In this document: positions 60,501-64,000 of the stretch, in pieces | How positions within the stretch are numbered: the first letter of the stretch is position 1 | Layout of the letters: every line of letters begins with the position of its first letter | Origin: an uncultured delta proteobacterium | Lineage (GTDB): Bacteria > Desulfobacterota > Binatia > DP-6 | Direction: 5' to 3' | Assembly (NCBI GenBank): GCA_963815115.1 | Contig: CAWFFN010000005.1 | Span: forward strand, 416,001 to 480,000 | DNA length: 64,000 nt | Position numbers and translations under genes: made by a program | Notes under the pieces: model-generated | What the model saw: only the letters and a program-made list of their open reading frames with translations | What the model was told of the DNA's origin: nothing | Databases searched by the model: none

Positions 60501-61171
60501 GCGAGATCGCCAACGAATTGCTGCTTCGGCCCGAGACCGTGGCGCGCCACGTGCGAAAGCTGCTCGACCGGATCGGGGTGAAGAGCCGCGCCGCCGCGGT
60601 CGCCTGGGCCGTCGAGCATCGGCTGTCGTCGGCGGACGAGCTTCCTCGGCTTCCGCCGGCCGTGGGCGACTCGCTCGCCATCCTGCTCTTCACCGATCTC
60701 GCCGGCTCCACGGCCATGTTCGAGCGGCTCGGCGACGTCGAGGCGCGCGCAGTTCTGCGCACGCACGACACGATCGTCCGGCGCGAGCTCGGCCGCCATG
60801 GCGGTACGGAGATCAAGCACACCGGCGACGGGTTCCTCGCGAAGTTCACCTCGGCAGTCGCCGCCATCGACGCCGCGATCGCCATGCAACGCGCATTTGC
60901 AGCGCACACCGTCCGGCATCCCGATCGACCGATCAGCGTCCGCATGGGTTTCGATGCAGGGGAGCCGATGGCCGAAGAGGGTGATCTCTTCGGTTCGACG
61001 GTCAACGCCGCGGCGCGCATCTGTGAACGCGCCGAAGCCGGCCATATCCTGGTCTCCGAGGTCGTCCGGCATCTGTGCGCCGGCAAGGACGTGCGCTTCG
61101 TCGATCGCGGGCGCAGCACGCTTCCAGGTTTCGAGAAGAGACGCTTCAGATTGTTCGAGGTTCCGTGGTAG
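57587..61171 (+). CDS. STAND (AAA_16/MalT-like) NTPase, helical/TPR region, LuxR HTH and C-terminal class III adenylate cyclase
   Basis: PFVGR, GEPGIGKTRL, LDDLHWVD, GNPLFIQE; HTH RELALL..LVRG...REIA.EL...ETV..HV; cyclase FTDLAGST, IKHTGDG, GDLFGSTVNAAARI. Confidence 0.9.
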   Translation: MNLEVEGAGTGGHPDGPRTAPPFVGRAAQLAWLIRGLEGARGGRPGVALVVGEPGIGKTRLLRELQAASTERGVDVCAGRGYEGFTQPFLPFVEALSRRIREMPVPLARVLGGDAEVLRGLIETGGERPASARPAGDAQVRLLLAISRAVLELARRGPMLLMLDDLHWVDEASLEVFAHLVLAIADAARREPMPLLVVGATRPAEPDQALGRVLARFRREDVCQTLELAGLGEAETHELIRGLGVAKPSHQMIATVNEATRGNPLFIQEVVHQLVRRNALREQGGFLTTGTAPLDVPLPPDVTVAIAARIGEVGEACRRTLAVAAVLGDPFVLPTLATVAGRAAEEIGEHLEEGERLGLLIVDGEAFRFTHPLVREVLYAESTLSERQRLHARIADALTTPSDRADEHVLEVAHHLIAAGPMADPERVIEVARRAGDRAFAGAAFREAARFYQAALAAGVDDSRLSTVERAQLHYRAGLASFREQDVGPCLENYERAIAGFREAGDLHGLARALMGRTRASFTLASVGYGTLIDPQPLEEVAERAAAEDPVLCGLIRAELSQVFWTACEPEKAREMATRALATARQERDDELAAESHRALALVSSQTMDVSDVLANLEAGLACARRSSNDWLESQLLQRLPLPLMWLGRLDAAVAAARDAEHSTRRLHDWGDHSLAQGALVCVAVARGDFEAAERHAQQVMMMRQRSGYPWAGPTALPALAYARALRGAWSEADDVLAYLIEPGQVFEDPGGAVQVSTFLMRHLVEGWSSTSGDVRAGLRERLTREVTDGITRGSGRDVYALGTLCTVVELAETLSAPALAEAPSEILALAVERGVVFSSGWVCLLARVLGVAATLLKQWDRATAWFERAIAEATTLDAGPELGRACLGHATMLVARGNRLDRELAADLVKRALPLFHTLGMEPAIQAARRLARTLEAPLVRMPRQRPGGSRGLGRRELALLSHLVRGRDDREIANELLLRPETVARHVRKLLDRIGVKSRAAAVAWAVEHRLSSADELPRLPPAVGDSLAILLFTDLAGSTAMFERLGDVEARAVLRTHDTIVRRELGRHGGTEIKHTGDGFLAKFTSAVAAIDAAIAMQRAFAAHTVRHPDRPISVRMGFDAGEPMAEEGDLFGSTVNAAARICERAEAGHILVSEVVRHLCAGKDVRFVDRGRSTLPGFEKRRFRLFEVPW

Positions 61172-61222
61172 TGCGCTGACGGTCACGGTGTGGATACCTC
61201 GCACCATCGAAAGGAGTGAGGC

Positions 61223-61867
61223 ATGCCAGGCATGCTCGATATCATCTTGAAGGCGCCGATCTTCGACCGGCTGGTGGCGGCATCGAACGTTCCCGGCGCA
61301 CAGAACGATCCCCTGCTCGACAAGATCATCAAGCAGCTGAAGGATCCCACCTACAGCCTCGCCGATATCGGCCTCGACATGGGGTTCTACGGCAGCCCCG
61401 CGCAGGCGGAGCATCTGAAGAAGCACTGGCTGAACGACCCGCCGGGCGACGGCTTCTGGCAGGGCATCGACACCGAGCCGATCATCCGGGCTGGACTGCT
61501 GAAGGCCGCGGAGGTGTTCAAGCAGCACGGGCGCGGGCTCGAGATCTTCTGGGCCATGTCGGGGAGCCAGGCGAGCAACGACTGGGAAGTGTCCGTCTCG
61601 CTGTGCCGGCGAACGACCCTCGTCATCTTTCACACGCCGCGCGTTCCCTGCCAGCTCCAGCAGGTCCCGAGCCAGGACATGTGGGTCATCGTCGAGGATC
61701 CGGGAACGGGCGCCGTGGTCACCCGTCCCGTGAACGTTCCCGTGGATGCCTTCGAGGGCACCTATCCCCCGACAGTCGGCACGAAGAAACCCAAGAAGCC
61801 CAAGAAGCCGAAGAAACCGAAGAAGCCCAAGAAGCCGCCCAAGGGACCGAAGAAGAAGAGGAAGTAG
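61223..61867 (+). CDS. Hypothetical protein with C-terminal (PKK)n basic tail
   Basis: AAGGAGTGAGG RBS; 214 aa; ends TKKPKKPKKPKKPKKPKKPPKGPKKKRK. Confidence 0.8.
   Translation: MPGMLDIILKAPIFDRLVAASNVPGAQNDPLLDKIIKQLKDPTYSLADIGLDMGFYGSPAQAEHLKKHWLNDPPGDGFWQGIDTEPIIRAGLLKAAEVFKQHGRGLEIFWAMSGSQASNDWEVSVSLCRRTTLVIFHTPRVPCQLQQVPSQDMWVIVEDPGTGAVVTRPVNVPVDAFEGTYPPTVGTKKPKKPKKPKKPKKPKKPPKGPKKKRK
61783..61836 (+). repeat. 9-bp coding tandem repeat AAGAA(A/G)CC(C/G) x6
   Basis: aagaaaccc aagaagccc aagaagccg aagaaaccg aagaagccc aagaagccg. Confidence 0.9.
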
Positions 61868-61883
61868 CTCGGCGTTCGATGTG

Positions 61884-61918
61884 GCCGCCGGCCCCGCGTC
61901 TTCCCACGGGCCGGCGGC
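61884..61918. terminator. Hairpin between convergent genes
   Basis: GCCGCCGGCCC/GGGCCGGCGGC 11-bp stem. Confidence 0.5.
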
Positions 61919-63864
61919 TACCGGGACGCCGCCAGCGCGCGCCGGGCACTCTCGCACGCCGGGTCGAGCTCGAGCGCCTGCGTCCACTGCCGGCGGGCGT
62001 CCTCGCGCTGGCCGCTCTGCTCGAGCGCGACGCCGAGATTGGTCGCCGCCTGGCAGCTCTTCGGCTGGAGGCGCAGCGCCGTGCGGAACGACTCGATCGC
62101 CTTCGCCGTGTCGCCCCTGCGCGCGTAGACGATGCCCAGGTTGTCGTGTGCCTGCGCGAACCGGGGCTTCAGCTCGACCGCCCGCAGGTAGGACTGCTCG
62201 GCCCGCTCGAGGTCGCCTCGCTGCTGGTACCAGCTGCCGAGGTTGTTGTACGCGACCGGGTCCGGACTCGACGCGACCGATCGGACGTAGAACGGCCCCG
62301 CCTCGTCCCCGCGGCCGAGCTGGTCGAGCACGATGCCCATCCCGAGATTCGCCTGCGCGCTCTCCGCGTCGAGCGACAGCGCCTGCTGGTAGAGCGAGCG
62401 GGCCCGGGGATAGTCCCTGGCCTCGAGGCGGAGATTGCCGGCGTTCACGTAGTCGCGCGCGGGATCGATCGGCACCAGGGCCAGCCGCGTGACCCAGCTC
62501 GTCGCCACGACCACCAGTCCCCAGATCGCGAGCGAGCGCCACGCCCGCGCGCGGACGTCGAGCGCGAGCGCGCGCAGCCCGAGAGCCGCGAGCACGAACC
62601 ACACGCCGAGCATGGGCAGCCGGTAGCGCGCGTTCACGAAGAAGGTCGCCAGGCCCGCGAGGTAGGTTGCGATCCAGAGCACGACGCACCAGCGATGCCG
62701 CGGCACCGGCCCGAGCAGCAGGCCGGCGACGACGAGCGGCCCGAGCACGGCGAAGCTCGGCCAGGGGAAGCGCATGAGCGGATTGAAGCGCCCGGCGGAG
62801 CCGTAGTCCTGCAGGTCGGAGAGCTCGCGCGCGTCGAGCGCCAGGAGGAGCTTGCGTGCCGAGAGCGCCAGGAAGCGAACCGGATGGTCGCGGATGAAGT
62901 CGCGCGCCTTGCCGGACCAGTAGGCGGAGACCTCCGAGGGCTTCAATGGACGACCCGCGGCGGCCTCCGCGATGGCGCGGGAGTCGGCGATCTGGGCCTC
63001 GAGCGCGATGCCGGTCCCCTCCGGCGCGCGGAAGACGCCCTCGGCCTGCGGGTTGTTGCCGATGTAGAAGTTCAGGCCGGCGTGGGAGGTGAGCAGCACC
63101 CAGTCACCACCGGCCACGCGATTGTGCAGGGTGACCGGCGCCAGCACGGCGGCGAACGACAGGATCATGGCCGCCAGCGCACCCGGCGACGGGCGGGCCG
63201 CGGCCAGGGCGGGCCGCACGGCGAGCGCGGCCACGAAGAGGAGGACGAAAGGCATCACGCCCGCCTTCGTGAGGCAGGCGAGTCCGAGGACCACGCCCGC
63301 GAGCGCCCCGCGCCGGACCGATGGCGCGTCGAGGAACAGGCAGCAGCAGTAGAAGCCCGCGGCGTAGAGCGGGACGCCGATGGCTTCGGGAACGAGCATG
63401 GCCTCGTGGAAGAAGAGCGGCCCGTAGAGCGCGGCGAGCGCCGCGGCGAGGAGGCCGGTCGTCGCGTCGGCCAGCCGTTCGCCGATCCGGTAGGTGAAGA
63501 GGATGGTGACCAGCCCGAGCAGGATCTGCACCACCTTGACCGCGACGACCGAGCCGCCGAGGAGTCCCAGACAGAGCGCCAGGAAGTAGGGATAGAGCGG
63601 GAGGCCGTAGAAGACGCCGCTCCCCACGAGATCGCCGGCGAGGATGCGCTGCGCCCATTGATGGTAGTACCTCGCGTCGAGGAGCACGGGCTCGAAGAAC
63701 GGATCGCCGCGGTCGAGCAGCAGGTACGCGATCCTGACGGCGAGGCCGGCGGCGAGCACGAGCGGGAGCAGCCGCCGCGCGTCGCGCGTGCCGCTGATGC
63801 GCGGGGTGGGCGCCGGCTTCGCCGGCCGCGCACGAGACCGCGGTGTCTGCCGTCCGGATCCCAT
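61918..63864 (-). CDS. GT-C (PMT/GT39-like) glycosyltransferase with C-terminal TPR repeats
   Basis: LDARYYHQWA, PLYPYFLA, NFYIGNNP, ARYRLP; TPRs AYNNLG, AHDNLG, AATNLG. ATG 63864 chosen; the ORF extends to 63930. Confidence 0.85.
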   Translation of the reverse strand: MGSGRQTPRSRARPAKPAPTPRISGTRDARRLLPLVLAAGLAVRIAYLLLDRGDPFFEPVLLDARYYHQWAQRILAGDLVGSGVFYGLPLYPYFLALCLGLLGGSVVAVKVVQILLGLVTILFTYRIGERLADATTGLLAAALAALYGPLFFHEAMLVPEAIGVPLYAAGFYCCCLFLDAPSVRRGALAGVVLGLACLTKAGVMPFVLLFVAALAVRPALAAARPSPGALAAMILSFAAVLAPVTLHNRVAGGDWVLLTSHAGLNFYIGNNPQAEGVFRAPEGTGIALEAQIADSRAIAEAAAGRPLKPSEVSAYWSGKARDFIRDHPVRFLALSARKLLLALDARELSDLQDYGSAGRFNPLMRFPWPSFAVLGPLVVAGLLLGPVPRHRWCVVLWIATYLAGLATFFVNARYRLPMLGVWFVLAALGLRALALDVRARAWRSLAIWGLVVVATSWVTRLALVPIDPARDYVNAGNLRLEARDYPRARSLYQQALSLDAESAQANLGMGIVLDQLGRGDEAGPFYVRSVASSPDPVAYNNLGSWYQQRGDLERAEQSYLRAVELKPRFAQAHDNLGIVYARRGDTAKAIESFRTALRLQPKSCQAATNLGVALEQSGQREDARRQWTQALELDPACESARRALAASR

Positions 63865-64000
63865 CGGGGAATTGGATGAACGTCGCGAGGGACGGCTTCC
63901 AGATAGCGCAGGACCGAGGATGTCCACCATCCGGCGGCGACGCGTGCCGGTCGATGCTGGCTCGCCAAAGCTCCCCGAGCCCGGACAATGGACGCCGGCG

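Noticed and set aside
57587-61171. Avs- or Pycsar-type anti-phage system
   Set aside because: The LuxR HTH, MalT-like STAND and adenine-specific cyclase residues point to regulation; no cNMP-binding, TIR or nuclease effector is recognisable. Not fully excluded.
41615-61836. Short periodic repeats (ACC/ACG runs, the 9-bp AAGAAGCCC array, 174-bp units) as a CRISPR array or satellite
   Set aside because: All are in-frame coding repeats without unique spacers, and no cas genes are present.

Overview
A GC-rich chromosomal window from a diderm bacterium (TolC family and sigma54 system present). The Cys-rich, Thr-linker secreted proteins suggest Candidatus Binatota/deltaproteobacteria-like soil bacteria, which is inference only. 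About 40 protein genes are present; I saw no rRNA, tRNA, CRISPR array, transposase or integrase. From left to right: lipid-catabolic genes; a GH114 hydrolase; pstSCAB with a Pho box; a two-component/sigma54-controlled czcCBA-type efflux operon carrying TWO tandem RND pump paralogues; a ~2,900-aa DUF11 surface protein; GT-C glycosyltransferases; a lipase maturation factor gene with no canonical start codon where the family N-terminus lies; several Cys-rich secreted proteins; and a heme-lipoprotein / STAND-LuxR-adenylate cyclase / (PKK)n-protein locus. The best candidate for an undescribed system is a co-regulated family of Cys-rich exported proteins. Two paralogues share a perfect GACTGACATGTCAGTC operator and an AAACCTCTTGACA -35 element, and they flank a probably catalytically dead alpha/beta-hydrolase-fold regulator. 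A paired Cys/helical module recurs in three proteins, and a Thr-linker plus GSPSRAFL tail may be a sorting signal. About 12 frameshifts, mostly single-base insertions at 28.9-29.5 kb and 42-45 kb, look like long-read errors. All family calls come from motif recognition by eye, not database searches.
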